Assembly: GCA_046732615.1 (NCBI GenBank)
Contig: JBKPNM010000090.1
Coordinates: 1-47,582, forward strand
DNA length: 47,582 nt
Direction of reading: 5' to 3'
From: Actinomycetota bacterium
Lineage (GTDB): Bacteria > Actinomycetota > Thermoleophilia > Gaiellales > Gaiellaceae
This document shows, in pieces, positions 8,868 through 18,621 of the stretch (position 1 is its first letter; the number at the start of each line of letters is the position of its first letter). The notes under the pieces were generated by a model. It did no database searches and was not told the origin of the DNA. It saw only the letters and a program-made list of their open reading frames with translations. Made by a program: the position numbers and the translations under genes.

Positions 8868-9701
8868 TCAGGCCGTCGCGAGGCGGCGAAGCGCCTGCTG
8901 CAACGCGTCCGCGGCATCGCGGCTCGTGTAGTCGGTGCCGTCGACGGAGATCACCGGCATCACCTCGCGCACGGAGGAGGACGTGAACACCTCGGCGGCC
9001 GCCAGCAGACGCTCGAGCGGGAACGCACCGGTCTCGACCCGGTATCCCTCCTCGCGCGCCAGCCCGACGAGCGCGGCGCGGGTCTCCCCGGCGAGGATCC
9101 CGAGCTCGAGCTCGGGAGTCACGAGCGTCGTCCCCTCGCGCCACCACACGTTCGTCACCGTACCCTCGAGCACGGTGCCGTCGAGGTCGACGAGCACCGC
9201 GTCGTCCGCCCCGCGACGCCGCGCCTCGGTCTCCGCAGCGACGTGGGTCGCGTAGCTGACGGACTTCGTTCCCGGCAGGAGCCACGGCGCCGATCGCCGC
9301 GGGAACGCGAGCGACACGAGACGCTGGCCGCGAGCACGGACCTCCTCGACCCATGCCGGGATCGGCGACACGAGGACGATCGCGGCCGGGCGCCCGCCCG
9401 GCGGGCCGGGCGTCCAGTAGAGACGGAGCGACGCATCGCGGTCGCCGCTCTCGTCCAGCGCGAGCCCGACCAGCCGCCGGAGGTCATCGACATCGGGTGC
9501 GGGAAGGTCGAGGCGCGCAGCCGAGCCCTCCAGGCGCGCAAGGTGCTCGTCGAGCCGGAACGGGCGGCCCGCGTAGACCCGCAGCGTCTCGAACGCCGCC
9601 CGACCGCGGGCGAACCCCTCGTCGGCGGCCGCGACGACCGCGTCCGACGGGTCGAGGACGCCGAGCCGGGACACCGCCGCGGCGAGCGGGCGTTCGCTCA
9701 T
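8868..9701 (-). CDS. Class IV PLP aminotransferase / 4-amino-4-deoxychorismate lyase (PabC-like)
   Basis: GRAAFETLR, HLARL, GTKSVSY, EGTVTNV, GILAGETR, FTSSS; follows the pabB-like gene. Confidence 0.85.
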   Translation of the reverse strand: MSERPLAAAVSRLGVLDPSDAVVAAADEGFARGRAAFETLRVYAGRPFRLDEHLARLEGSAARLDLPAPDVDDLRRLVGLALDESGDRDASLRLYWTPGPPGGRPAAIVLVSPIPAWVEEVRARGQRLVSLAFPRRSAPWLLPGTKSVSYATHVAAETEARRRGADDAVLVDLDGTVLEGTVTNVWWREGTTLVTPELELGILAGETRAALVGLAREEGYRVETGAFPLERLLAAAEVFTSSSVREVMPVISVDGTDYTSRDAADALQQALRRLATA

Positions 9702-10834
9702 CGGGAGTCGCCGGCCAGCGCGCCGCGCGCCCGCGGACGGGGCCGAGACGGACGGAGCCCGTCGAGCGGCGCGCCGATCGCGGCCAGCAGGGGCTCGGCC
9801 TTGACGAGCGACTCCTCCACCTCGGCGCGCGGATCGGAATCCCACACGATCCCTCCCCCGACCCAGAGGTGGAGACGACCTTCCGCGATCGCGAACGTGC
9901 GGATCGTCAGCGCGAGGTCGAAATCGCCGTTGCCGCGGACGCGGCCGAGCGCCCCCATCGACGCCCCGCGCCCGACCGGCTCGAGCGCCGCGATCAGATC
10001 GACCGCCGCGATCTTCGGCGCGCCCGTGACCGACCCGCCCGGGAACGTCGCGGCGAGGATCTCGGCCAGCCCGACCTCCGGTCGCAGCTCACCCTCGACC
10101 GTCGACACGAGATGCTCGACCCCGGCGAGCTGCTCGGCCGCCATCAGCTCCGGCCAGCGAACGCTTCCCGGCACGCAGACGCGCGAGAGGTCGTTTCGCT
10201 CGAGGTCGACGATCATCACGTGCTCGGCCGCGTCCTTCTGCGATGCGAGCAGCTCGACGCGTTCGCCCAGCGGGCGCGTCCCCTTGATGGGCCGCGTCCA
10301 CACCCGCGGGCCGCGGCGCGAGAGGAACAGCTCGGGCGAGGCGGAGACGACCGCCCAGCCGTCGCCCTCGAGGCGACGCCGGTCGCCGTCGCCGAACGGC
10401 GCGCCGTTCGGTTGTGTCAGAGGGGCGAGCCGGGCGGCGAGCGCGGCCGCGGAGCCCGCGAAGTCCGCCGAAAGATGCTGGACGACGTTGACCTGGTAGA
10501 CGCCGCCTGCGGCGATCGCAGCCCGCACGGCATCCACCGCCGCAGCGTGGTCGCGCTCCGCCCACGTGCGCCGCCAGGGGCCGATCTCCAGGTCGTCCGA
10601 CTCGTTGCCATACCTGACATCGTGACGATCGGGCCGGACGGAGCACGCCGCGAGCGGAAGCGGGCACGGTTCGGGCGGCCCAGGCGAGCTGGTGCGGCGA
10701 ATGATCTCGGACAGGCCGTACCCGAAGTAGAGATCCGCGACGAGCTTCTCTCCGCCAGGGGCGAAGAACCCGCGCTCGCGGAGCCACGACTCGATCCGCG
10801 CGAACGCGCCCTCGGCCTCGCGCAGCTCGAGCAC
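9698..10834 (-). CDS. Chorismate-binding enzyme, PabB/anthranilate synthase component I family
   Basis: VYQVNV, SASPELFL, PIKGTR, AEHVMIVDLERNDL, FPGGSVTGAPK, GGGIVWDS. Confidence 0.9.
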   Translation of the reverse strand: MLELREAEGAFARIESWLRERGFFAPGGEKLVADLYFGYGLSEIIRRTSSPGPPEPCPLPLAACSVRPDRHDVRYGNESDDLEIGPWRRTWAERDHAAAVDAVRAAIAAGGVYQVNVVQHLSADFAGSAAALAARLAPLTQPNGAPFGDGDRRRLEGDGWAVVSASPELFLSRRGPRVWTRPIKGTRPLGERVELLASQKDAAEHVMIVDLERNDLSRVCVPGSVRWPELMAAEQLAGVEHLVSTVEGELRPEVGLAEILAATFPGGSVTGAPKIAAVDLIAALEPVGRGASMGALGRVRGNGDFDLALTIRTFAIAEGRLHLWVGGGIVWDSDPRAEVEESLVKAEPLLAAIGAPLDGLRPSRPRPRARGALAGDSR

Positions 10835-10835
10835 G

Positions 10836-12467
10836 TCAGTCCCCGGCGCGCAATCGGGCGATCAGCGACACGAGACGAGCAGTGGAGGGGTCGACGCCCG
10901 GCCCCGTCCCCCCGTCCGCGACCGAGGGCGCGAGCGCGACGGCGAGCTCCTTGCCGAGCTCGACGCCCCATTGGTCGAACGAGTCGATGTGCCAGATCGC
11001 GCCCTGCGTGAACACGGCGTGCTCGTACAGCGCGACGAGCGAGCCGAGCGCGAACGGGGTCAGGCGCTCGAGCAGCAGGAACGTCGTCGGCCTGTTTCCC
11101 GGCATCACCTTGTGCGGCACGAGCTCGTCCGCGACGCCTGCCGCGCGGAGCTCCTCGGCCGTCCGGCCGAACGCGAGCGCCTGCGCCTGGGCGAGGGCGT
11201 TCGCGAGGAGCAGCTCCTGGTGCTCGCCGAGTGGGTTCGAAGCGCGCGCGAAGGCGATGATGTCGGCGGGGACGAGCACCGTCCCCTGGTGGAGCAGCTG
11301 GTGGAAGCTGTGCTGGCCGTTCGTCCCCGGCTCGCCCCACACGACCGGAGCCGTGCCCGCCTCGACCGGGTCGCCCGCGAGCGTGACGCGCTTGCCGTTC
11401 GACTCCATCACGAGCTGCTGGAGGTACGCGGGAAACCGTGCGAGGTACTGCTCGTATGGCAATACCGCGTGGGTCTGCGTGCCGAAGAAGTCGCGGTACC
11501 AGACGTCCAGCAACCCCATCAGCAGGGGGAGGTTCTCCTCCAGCGGCGCGTCCGCGAAGTGCTCGTCGATCGCGTGGAACCCGCCGAGCAGGTCACGGAA
11601 CCCACCCGGCCCGATCGCGATCATCGTCGAGAGGCCGATCGCAGAGTCCATCGAGTACCGGCCGCCGACCCAGTCCCAGAACCCGAACGCGTTCGCCGGA
11701 TCGATGCCGAACGCCGCGACGGCCTCGAGGTTCGTCGACACGGCGACGACGTGCTTCGCGATCGCGGTCTCCTCGCCGCCGAGGCCGTCGAGCAGCCACT
11801 GCCGTGCGCCCCTCGCGTTCGTCATCGTCTCGACCGTCGTGAACGTCTTCGAGGAGACGATCACGAGCGTCTGCGCCGCGTCGAGGCCGCGGAGCTTCTC
11901 GACGAGGTCGGTCGCGTCCACGTTCGAGACGAAGCGCACCGTGACGTCGCGGTCGCTGAACTCGCGCAGCGCCTCGTACGCCATCGCCGGACCGAGGTCG
12001 GAGCCGCCGATCCCGATGTTCACGACGGCGCGGATGCGCTCTCCGGTCTGGCCGCGCCACTCGCCCGAGCGGACGCGATCGGCGAGAGCGGCCATGCGGT
12101 CGAGAACCTCGTGGACGTCTCGGACGACGTCCCGGCCGTCGACGACGAGCGACCGGCTCCGCGGCATGCGCAGGGCGACGTGGAGCGCCGGCCGGTCCTC
12201 GGTGGCGTTGACGTGCTCCCCGCGGAGCATCGCATCACGGTGCTCCGCCACCCTCCGTTCGCGGGCGAGCGCGAGGAGCAGCTCGAGCGTAACGGCGGTG
12301 ATCCGGTGCTTCGACAGGTCGGCGTGGATGCCCGCGGCCACGAGCGAGAGCCGCTCGACGCGCTCCGGGTCGCCGGCGAACAGGTCGCGGAGATGGAGGT
12401 CGCGCACGGCAGCGTGATGCCGTTCCAGCGCCTGCCACGCAGCGCCTCGTGTGAGCGTGTCCGTCAT
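10836..12467 (-). CDS. pgi: Glucose-6-phosphate isomerase
   Basis: [50 protein letters not shown]. Confidence 0.97.
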   Translation of the reverse strand: MTDTLTRGAAWQALERHHAAVRDLHLRDLFAGDPERVERLSLVAAGIHADLSKHRITAVTLELLLALARERRVAEHRDAMLRGEHVNATEDRPALHVALRMPRSRSLVVDGRDVVRDVHEVLDRMAALADRVRSGEWRGQTGERIRAVVNIGIGGSDLGPAMAYEALREFSDRDVTVRFVSNVDATDLVEKLRGLDAAQTLVIVSSKTFTTVETMTNARGARQWLLDGLGGEETAIAKHVVAVSTNLEAVAAFGIDPANAFGFWDWVGGRYSMDSAIGLSTMIAIGPGGFRDLLGGFHAIDEHFADAPLEENLPLLMGLLDVWYRDFFGTQTHAVLPYEQYLARFPAYLQQLVMESNGKRVTLAGDPVEAGTAPVVWGEPGTNGQHSFHQLLHQGTVLVPADIIAFARASNPLGEHQELLLANALAQAQALAFGRTAEELRAAGVADELVPHKVMPGNRPTTFLLLERLTPFALGSLVALYEHAVFTQGAIWHIDSFDQWGVELGKELAVALAPSVADGGTGPGVDPSTARLVSLIARLRAGD

Positions 12468-12542
12468 CTCCTCCCGGAACGGGCGGCTGCCCGCGAGCCG
12501 TAGACTCGGCTGACTCTAGACGGTCGACCGCGGGAGGCGCCG

Positions 12543-13580
12543 ATGGCTGCCGGAACGTCGCTCCAGCTCGGGATGGTGGGTCTTGGACGCATGGGCGCGA
12601 ACCTCGTGCGGCGTGCAATGCGCGACGGCCATCGGTGCGTCGGCACCGATGTCGCCGCGGACGCCGTGAAGGCCCTCGAGGAGGACGGCATGGCCGGCGC
12701 CGCGTCCCCCGCCGAGCTCGTCCAGGCGCTCGAGCCGCCCCGCACAGTGTGGGTGATGGTGCCCGCCGGGACGATCACCGAGCGGGCGATCGCCGAGCTC
12801 GGCTCGCTGCTCGACCCGGGCGACACCGTGATCGACGGCGGCAACACGCGCTACCACGACGACATCCGCCGTGCGCGAGAGCTGTCGGAGCGCGGGATCC
12901 ACTACCTCGACGTGGGCACGAGCGGCGGCGTCTTCGGGCTCGACCGCGGCTTCTGCCTCATGATCGGCGGCGAGGACGAGGTCGTCGCGCGGCTCGCGCC
13001 GCTCTTCACCTCGCTCGCACCGGGGCTCGGGACGATCGAGCGGACGCCCGGTCGCTCCGGCGACCCGGCACCCGAGGAGCTCGGCTGGCTCCACTGCGGC
13101 CCGGCGGGGGCGGGGCACTTCGTCAAGATGGTCCACAACGGCATCGAGTACGGGCTGATGGCCGCCTACGCGGAGGGCCTCGACATCCTCAACCACGCGA
13201 ACGCAGGCGCGACCGACCGCGAGGCGGACGCCGAGACGGCCCCGCTCGAGCAGCCCGAGCTGTACCGGTACGACCTCGACGTCGCCGCGGTCGCGGAGGT
13301 CTGGCGACGAGGCAGCGTCGTCGCCTCCTGGCTTCTCGACCTGACCGCCGCCGCGCTTCACGAGTCACCGTCGCTGGACGACTTCGGCGGCCGGGTGTCC
13401 GACTCGGGCGAGGGCCGCTGGACGTCGATCGCCGCGATCGACACCGGCACGCCGGCCCCCGTCCTGACGACCGCGCTGTTCGAGCGGTTCTCCTCGCGCG
13501 GCGAGGCCGACTTCGCGAACAAGGTGCTCTCCGCGATGCGCAACCAGTTCGGCGGGCACGCCGAGAAGCCGGCTCGCTAG
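12543..13580 (+). CDS. gnd: 6-phosphogluconate dehydrogenase (decarboxylating, short type)
   Basis: GLGRMG, IDGGN, DVGTSGG, GAGHFVKMVHNGIEYG, DSGEGRW, AMRNQFGGH. Confidence 0.95.
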   Translation: MAAGTSLQLGMVGLGRMGANLVRRAMRDGHRCVGTDVAADAVKALEEDGMAGAASPAELVQALEPPRTVWVMVPAGTITERAIAELGSLLDPGDTVIDGGNTRYHDDIRRARELSERGIHYLDVGTSGGVFGLDRGFCLMIGGEDEVVARLAPLFTSLAPGLGTIERTPGRSGDPAPEELGWLHCGPAGAGHFVKMVHNGIEYGLMAAYAEGLDILNHANAGATDREADAETAPLEQPELYRYDLDVAAVAEVWRRGSVVASWLLDLTAAALHESPSLDDFGGRVSDSGEGRWTSIAAIDTGTPAPVLTTALFERFSSRGEADFANKVLSAMRNQFGGHAEKPAR

Positions 13581-13596
13581 CTCCAGGCGCTCCCCA

Positions 13597-13625
13597 CTGG
13601 TGTCCGACTTAGAGTCGGACACCAG
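13597..13625. repeat. Perfect 13-bp inverted repeat (terminator- or REP-like hairpin)
   Basis: CTGGTGTCCGACT-TAG-AGTCGGACACCAG between convergent genes; no U-tract. Confidence 0.75.
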
Positions 13626-13643
13626 ACGGCGCGATGCGGCGGC

Positions 13644-14090
13644 TCAGGCGCGGACGAGGAACTCCGGCCCGAGCTCGGCCGGACGCGTCACGCCGGAGAG
13701 CGCCAGCGTCAGCTCGAGCTCGGCGAGCACGCACGCAATACGTGCGCACGCGGCCCCCCGCCGGCGAGGCCGAGGCCTGCATACGGCCGGCCGAGCAGCA
13801 CGGCACGGGCGCCCAGGGCTAGGGCCGTCACCACGTCCGCGCCCGTACGCACGCCGCTGTCGAGGAGAAGCTCGACCCGGCCGCCGACCGCCTCGGCGAT
13901 CGGGGCAAGGCGTCGAGCGCCGCGACGGCGCCGTCCACCTGCCGCCCGCCGTGGTTCGAGACGATCACGCCGTCCATGCCCGCCTCGGCCGCCCGGCGCG
14001 CGTCCTGGGGGTGCAGATCCCCTCGAGCGCGACGGGGCCGCGCCAGTTCTCCCGCAGGAAGCCGAGATCGTCCCACGTCGACGCGGGGTT
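13644..14090 (-). pseudogene. C-terminal fragment of an FMN-dependent alpha-hydroxy-acid oxidase (lactate 2-monooxygenase-like), frameshifted
   Basis: Motifs lie in different frames: [12 protein letters not shown]; [25 protein letters not shown]; [28 protein letters not shown]; [10 protein letters not shown]. Confidence 0.85.
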
Positions 14091-14554
14091 CCGAGTCCGC
14101 GACGACGAACGGCCCCTCGTCCGCACGGCTCTCGAACTCTCCTGCCTCGGAGAACGTGTGTTGGCACACAGGCAAAGAAGATGCCTCCTTCGCGCAGCAG
14201 ACGGCCGACCTCCACCACGGCACGCGGCATGTCCTCGCCGTCGACAGGCTGTTGTACGCGACGACGAGGTCGAAGACGTCGTCGTCGCGGCAGCGAGCCC
14301 GCGTAACCGACCACGTATGTCCCGCGGGGATCTGCGTCGACGAGGGTCGGTGCGACCTCGAGCCCGGTGACGTCGAACCCGCGCGAGCGGAGATCGCGAG
14401 TGACACGGCCTTCGCCGCAGCCGATCTCGAGCGCCCGCCCGGGAGGCCGAAGAAGCTCGAAGAACGCTTCTCGGTACGCCCAGTAGGCGTCGGGCCCCTC
14501 CGCAGGTGCGAACCGGATCCAGTCCGCAGCGGGATCCTCGAACCCGGGCGCCAC
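14091..14554 (-). pseudogene. Class I SAM methyltransferase, frameshifted and C-terminally truncated
   Basis: [15 protein letters not shown] motif I; [10 protein letters not shown] appears in another frame; fuses into the oxidase fragment near 14090. Confidence 0.8.
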
Positions 14555-15844
14555 TCAGACTCCTAGCGTCGTCGCGACGTGGCGGAAGAGGTCGACGCCG
14601 AGCTCGAGGTCGTCGACCGCGATCCGCTCGTCGGTGGAGTGGACGAGGCTCGCCGCGAGCTGCGGATCCATCCCCCGGAGCGGGAAGAACCCATAGACGG
14701 TCGTCCCGTGCTCCTTGCGGAGGTAGTGGCTGTCGGTGAACCCCGCGCACACGACAGGGGCGAGGCGAGCGCTTCGCTCCTTCCGGTCGACCCAGGCCTC
14801 GAGCGCGCTCCACAGCGGCGTGTCGAGCGGTGACCGCGTCCCCCCGACGTGCTCGGCCACGATCCACTCGATCTCCCAGGCTCCCGGGACACCGGCCCGG
14901 AGCAGCGCCTCGACCTCTGCCCGGTCCTGACCGGGGAGCAGTCGGCAGTCGACCTCGATCGTGCAGCTTCCCGGCACGACGTTCCGCTTGCGCGACGCCT
15001 CGATCATCGTCGGCGACAGCGTCGTGGCGAGCAGGGGCTCGACCAGCTGGCCTGCGAGAGGGTGGAGGGCGCGGGCGCGGTCGAGCGCTTCCTCGAGCGG
15101 CGGCACGTCTCCGAGCACGGTCTCGAGGAATGCCTGCACTTCCGGGATCAGCGCGCGCGGCGGCTCGAGTCGCGCGAGCGCCTCGAGGACGGGGCCCGCC
15201 TTGAGCAGTGCGTTGTCGGCGGAGTGGGGATCCGAGGCGTGCCCGCTCCTGCCGCGCAGGCGAAGCTTGAACGGCGCCGTCGCCTTCTCCCCGACCGCGC
15301 AGAGGTAGAGGACGCGCCCGCCGAACAGACAGCGCTCCCCGCCCCCCTCGTTGAGCCCGAATCCCGCCCGCACCGTCTCCGGGTGCTCCCGCGCGAGCCA
15401 CGAGGCGCCGAAGTCGCGGCCGACTTCCTCGTCGGCGGTGAGGGCGAGCAGCACGTCGCCGGGCAGCCGCGCTCCCTCTCGCGCGAGCGAGGCGAGGGCG
15501 ACCGCCGCCGCCGCCGCATGGCCCTTCATGTCGAGCGCGCCGCGGCCCCAGACTTCGCCGTCGACGAGGTCGCCGGACCACGGGTCGCGCGTCCACTCCG
15601 CCGGCTCGGCGAGAACCGTGTCCGTGTGCGCGAGGAGGACGACGCCCGGGCCGTCGCCACCCTCGAGCCGCGCGACGACGTTCGCGCGGTCGGGCGTCTT
15701 CGCGACGAGCCGGCTGTCGACGCCGTTTCTCGCGAGGTAACGCTGGAGCGCGTCCGCTGCGCGGGTCTCGTTCCCGGGCGGGTTGACCGTGTCGAGGCGG
15801 ATCAGCTCCTGCAGGAGCGCGGTCACCTCGTCCCGGAGGGACAT
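14555..15844 (-). CDS. M20/M25/M40 family metallohydrolase (ArgE/DapE-like)
   Basis: LAHTDTV, WGRGALDMKG, ADEEVG, NEGGG, GHAS, FTDSH, HSTDERI. Confidence 0.9.
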   Translation of the reverse strand: MSLRDEVTALLQELIRLDTVNPPGNETRAADALQRYLARNGVDSRLVAKTPDRANVVARLEGGDGPGVVLLAHTDTVLAEPAEWTRDPWSGDLVDGEVWGRGALDMKGHAAAAAVALASLAREGARLPGDVLLALTADEEVGRDFGASWLAREHPETVRAGFGLNEGGGERCLFGGRVLYLCAVGEKATAPFKLRLRGRSGHASDPHSADNALLKAGPVLEALARLEPPRALIPEVQAFLETVLGDVPPLEEALDRARALHPLAGQLVEPLLATTLSPTMIEASRKRNVVPGSCTIEVDCRLLPGQDRAEVEALLRAGVPGAWEIEWIVAEHVGGTRSPLDTPLWSALEAWVDRKERSARLAPVVCAGFTDSHYLRKEHGTTVYGFFPLRGMDPQLAASLVHSTDERIAVDDLELGVDLFRHVATTLGV

Positions 15845-15846
15845 CC

Positions 15847-16563
15847 CTACGGGCTCTCGGCCTTCGACCTCGCCGTCAGTTCGTTGCGAACCTCCCAGAG
15901 CTCCGGGAACACGACCGTCTGGACGAGGCGGCCGAGGACCTCGACCGGTGTGCCCTGTGTGCCGACCACGGCGTCGCCGATCACCCGGGCGACCACGCGG
16001 TAGTGCCGGATCCGCCAGGTCTGGCACCACTCGTCGAGCTCGATCAGCGACTCGGCGAGCCGGTAGAGCGCGTCGTGGTCGCGCCGCTCGACGTACAGGT
16101 CGGCGAGCGAGAGGCCCGCCTCCCGGCGCCGCGCGTGGAACGCCTGCCCGAGCCGCGGCATGGCGGCGCGAAGCGATCGCCAGCCGGGCGAGTCGAAGCC
16201 GCTGCCGTGACCGAGCACCTTGCGAATCTCCTGGTACTCCCACGGCGACAGCTCCTCGAGCATGTCGAGCTGGTCGGTCGCGTAGCGCAGACAGCGGAGC
16301 GGCCGCCGCAGGTGGCGCGCGGCCTCGGCCACGTCACCGTCCTCGGTGAGCCGGGCCGCTTCCTCGACGTCGCTCGACGCCAGCTTGAGCCAGAGCTCGG
16401 ACGACTGGTGGACGACCTGGAAGAGAAGCTCGTCGCGGTGGACCCACTCGTCCGGACCCTTCTGGAGCCGGAGCAGCTCCTCGGTGTTCAGGTAGCGCTC
16501 GTAGTCCGTCGGCGCCCCACCCGGGAGGATCGGAGTGTCGAAGTCCTCGTCGGTCGCGGACAT
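15847..16563 (-). CDS. Tryptophan 2,3-dioxygenase family protein
   Basis: YERYLNTEELLRLQ, HRDELLFQVVHQSSELWLK, GSGFDS, WRIRH...RVIG...GTQGT, FPELWEVR. Confidence 0.85.
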   Translation of the reverse strand: MSATDEDFDTPILPGGAPTDYERYLNTEELLRLQKGPDEWVHRDELLFQVVHQSSELWLKLASSDVEEAARLTEDGDVAEAARHLRRPLRCLRYATDQLDMLEELSPWEYQEIRKVLGHGSGFDSPGWRSLRAAMPRLGQAFHARRREAGLSLADLYVERRDHDALYRLAESLIELDEWCQTWRIRHYRVVARVIGDAVVGTQGTPVEVLGRLVQTVVFPELWEVRNELTARSKAESP

Positions 16564-16588
16564 CGAGGTGAGCATACTGGCCTCGATG
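16561..16588. promoter_or_regulatory. Symmetric bidirectional leaderless promoter between the TDO-like gene and rarA
   Basis: CATCGAGG-tgAGCATACTgg-CCTCGATG. TATGCT (-) and CATACT (+) each lie 7 nt from an ATG, and the 8-bp inverted repeat includes both start codons. Confidence 0.65.
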
Positions 16589-17869
16589 GGCGACCTCTTC
16601 AGCGATGCGGCGGCTGCGCAAGCGTCGACGATCGCGCCGCTTCCCCACCGCGTTCGGCCGCGGTCGCTCGACGAGCTCGTCGGCCAGGACGAGGTGCTCG
16701 GCCCCGGCTCGGCGCTCCGGCGCGCGATCGAGGAAGGACGCGCGCCGTCGATGATCATCCACGGGCCGCCCGGCGTCGGGAAGACGACGATTGCCCGGAT
16801 CGTCGCGGAGACGTCGTCGGCGGCCTTCGAGGAGCTCTCGGCGGTGTCGGCGCGGGTCGACGACGTGAGGGCGGTTCTCGCGCGGGCCCGAGATCGGCTC
16901 GGGGGGAACGGCGTCCGGACGATCCTCTTCATCGACGAGATCCACCGGTTCGACAAGCGCCAGCAGGACTCGGTGCTGCACGCCGTCGAGGACGGGCTCG
17001 TGACGCTCATCGGCGCGACGACCGAGAACCCGTACTTCGAGGTCAACCAGGCGCTGCTCTCCCGCTGCACCGTGATCGAGCTCGAGCCGCTCACGGTCGA
17101 GCAGCTCGAGGAGGTCATCCGGCGCGGGGCCGCGGCGCTCTCGGCAGGCCCGGCCGAGGAGGTCGTCACGGCCATCGCCGGGCGAGCGGGGGGCGACGCA
17201 CGGACCGCGCTGCAGACGCTCGAGCTCGCGTGGGAGACCGCGACGGCGGCAGGCGAGGAGCTGACGGTCGAGCACGTCGACGACGTGGCACGCAAGCGGC
17301 CGCTGAGGTACGACCGTGCCGGCGACCGCCACTACGACCTCGCCTCGGCCTTCATCAAGTCGATGCGCGGCAGCGACCCGGACGCGGCCGTCTACTACCT
17401 CGCCGCGATGCTCGAGGGCGGCGAGGACCCCCGGTTCCTCGCGCGGCGGATCGTGATCGCCGCGAGCGAGGACGTGGGCAATGCCGATCCGCGCGCCCTC
17501 CTCGTCGCGGTCGCGGCCGCGCACGCCGTCGAGCACGTCGGCCTCCCGGAGGCGCAGCTCAACCTCGCGCAGGCCGCGATATACGTCGCGCGGGCACCGA
17601 AGTCGAACGCGGGCGCCCGCGCGATCTGGGCTGCGCGCGCGGACGTCCGTCGCGAGGGAATTGCAGCGCCGCCGGCGATGCTGCGGGACACGCACTACCG
17701 CGGGGCGGCCGAGCGCGGCCACGGCGAGGGATACGTCTCGCCGCACGACGATCCGAGCCGTGCGGGCATCGACCATCTGCCCGAGAGCGTGCGAGGACGG
17801 ACGTACTATGTTCCGTCCGCGAACGGCGAGGAGGCGGAGGAGACGGTGCGTGGCGATCGGGACGGGTGA
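16586..17869 (+). CDS. rarA: Replication-associated recombination protein A (RarA/MgsA)
   Basis: MGDLF...PLPHRVRPRSLDELVGQ, GPPGVGKTT, DEIHRF, GATTENP, SAFIKSMRGSDPDAA, ASEDVGNADP. Confidence 0.95.
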   Translation: MGDLFSDAAAAQASTIAPLPHRVRPRSLDELVGQDEVLGPGSALRRAIEEGRAPSMIIHGPPGVGKTTIARIVAETSSAAFEELSAVSARVDDVRAVLARARDRLGGNGVRTILFIDEIHRFDKRQQDSVLHAVEDGLVTLIGATTENPYFEVNQALLSRCTVIELEPLTVEQLEEVIRRGAAALSAGPAEEVVTAIAGRAGGDARTALQTLELAWETATAAGEELTVEHVDDVARKRPLRYDRAGDRHYDLASAFIKSMRGSDPDAAVYYLAAMLEGGEDPRFLARRIVIAASEDVGNADPRALLVAVAAAHAVEHVGLPEAQLNLAQAAIYVARAPKSNAGARAIWAARADVRREGIAAPPAMLRDTHYRGAAERGHGEGYVSPHDDPSRAGIDHLPESVRGRTYYVPSANGEEAEETVRGDRDG

Positions 17870-18323
17870 CAAGGCTCCGGAGTTCGACCTCGAGGAGGCC
17901 GCCGGAAAGCCGCGCGTCCGGCTCTCCGACTTCCTCGGGAAGACGAACGTGCTCCTCGTCTTCCATCCGTTCGCCTTCACGCCCGTGTGCAGCGAGGAGG
18001 CGCATGACCTGCAGGAGAACCTCCCCTCTTTTCGCAACGCGAACACGGAGATCGTCTTCGTCTCGTGCGACACCTCGGCCGCGCGGCAGGCGTGGAAGCG
18101 CGAGCTCGGCGCGGAGTACACTTTCGCGTCCGACTTCTGGTCGCACGGCGAGACGGCGAAGCGCTACGGCGTCTTCAACGAGGCCAACGGCGCCCCCATC
18201 CGCGGAACGTTCCTGATCGACACGGACGGCACCGTCATCTGGTCGCTCGTCAAGGACGCAGCCACGCGGCGGACCGAGATGGTGCCCGAGTCGCTCGAGA
18301 CGCTCGGCCGCGACGGCGTATGA
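17850..18323 (+). CDS. One-Cys peroxiredoxin (AhpE-like redoxin)
   Basis: GDKAPEFDL, VFHPFAFTPVC (PxxxTxxC), SDFWSHG, RGTFLID. Confidence 0.88.
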   Translation: MAIGTGDKAPEFDLEEAAGKPRVRLSDFLGKTNVLLVFHPFAFTPVCSEEAHDLQENLPSFRNANTEIVFVSCDTSAARQAWKRELGAEYTFASDFWSHGETAKRYGVFNEANGAPIRGTFLIDTDGTVIWSLVKDAATRRTEMVPESLETLGRDGV

Positions 18324-18470
18324 GCGGCACTCCGTCCGAGACGCGGCCTGTGCTCCCGGCGGCCGAGGGTGTCGTGGCCGCTGTCGAGAGGGAGGCTCGG
18401 CGGCCGGCGCGGACGGTCCGGCGGGCGGTTGCGAGCGAGGAGCACGACGGTGGCAGACTGCCGCTTCTTC

Positions 18471-18560
18471 GTGCACGAAGACGGCACGAAGCCGACGCAC
18501 TTTCGGCACGACTCTCGCGATACCGTGACTCCAGGGGGGCTCGCTCCCCCCGAGGGGGGC
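18471..18560 (+). promoter_or_regulatory. GGCAC-repeat promoter module, copy A
   Basis: GTGCAC 18471, CGGCAC 18482, degenerate 18493, CGGCAC 18504; 11-nt spacer; TACCGT 18521-18526; then GGGGGG-ctcgct-CCCCCC-ga-GGGGGG. Confidence 0.65.
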
Positions 18561-18621
18561 GCGGACCGGAAGGGCGCCGGCCACGGCACCGCAGACGTTG
18601 CGCGGACCGGCGCCGGGTTCC

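Noticed and set aside
12468-12542. AGCCG-TAGACT-CGGCT palindrome between pgi and gnd as an operator
   Set aside because: Only 5-bp GC-rich arms, which is expected by chance at this GC content.
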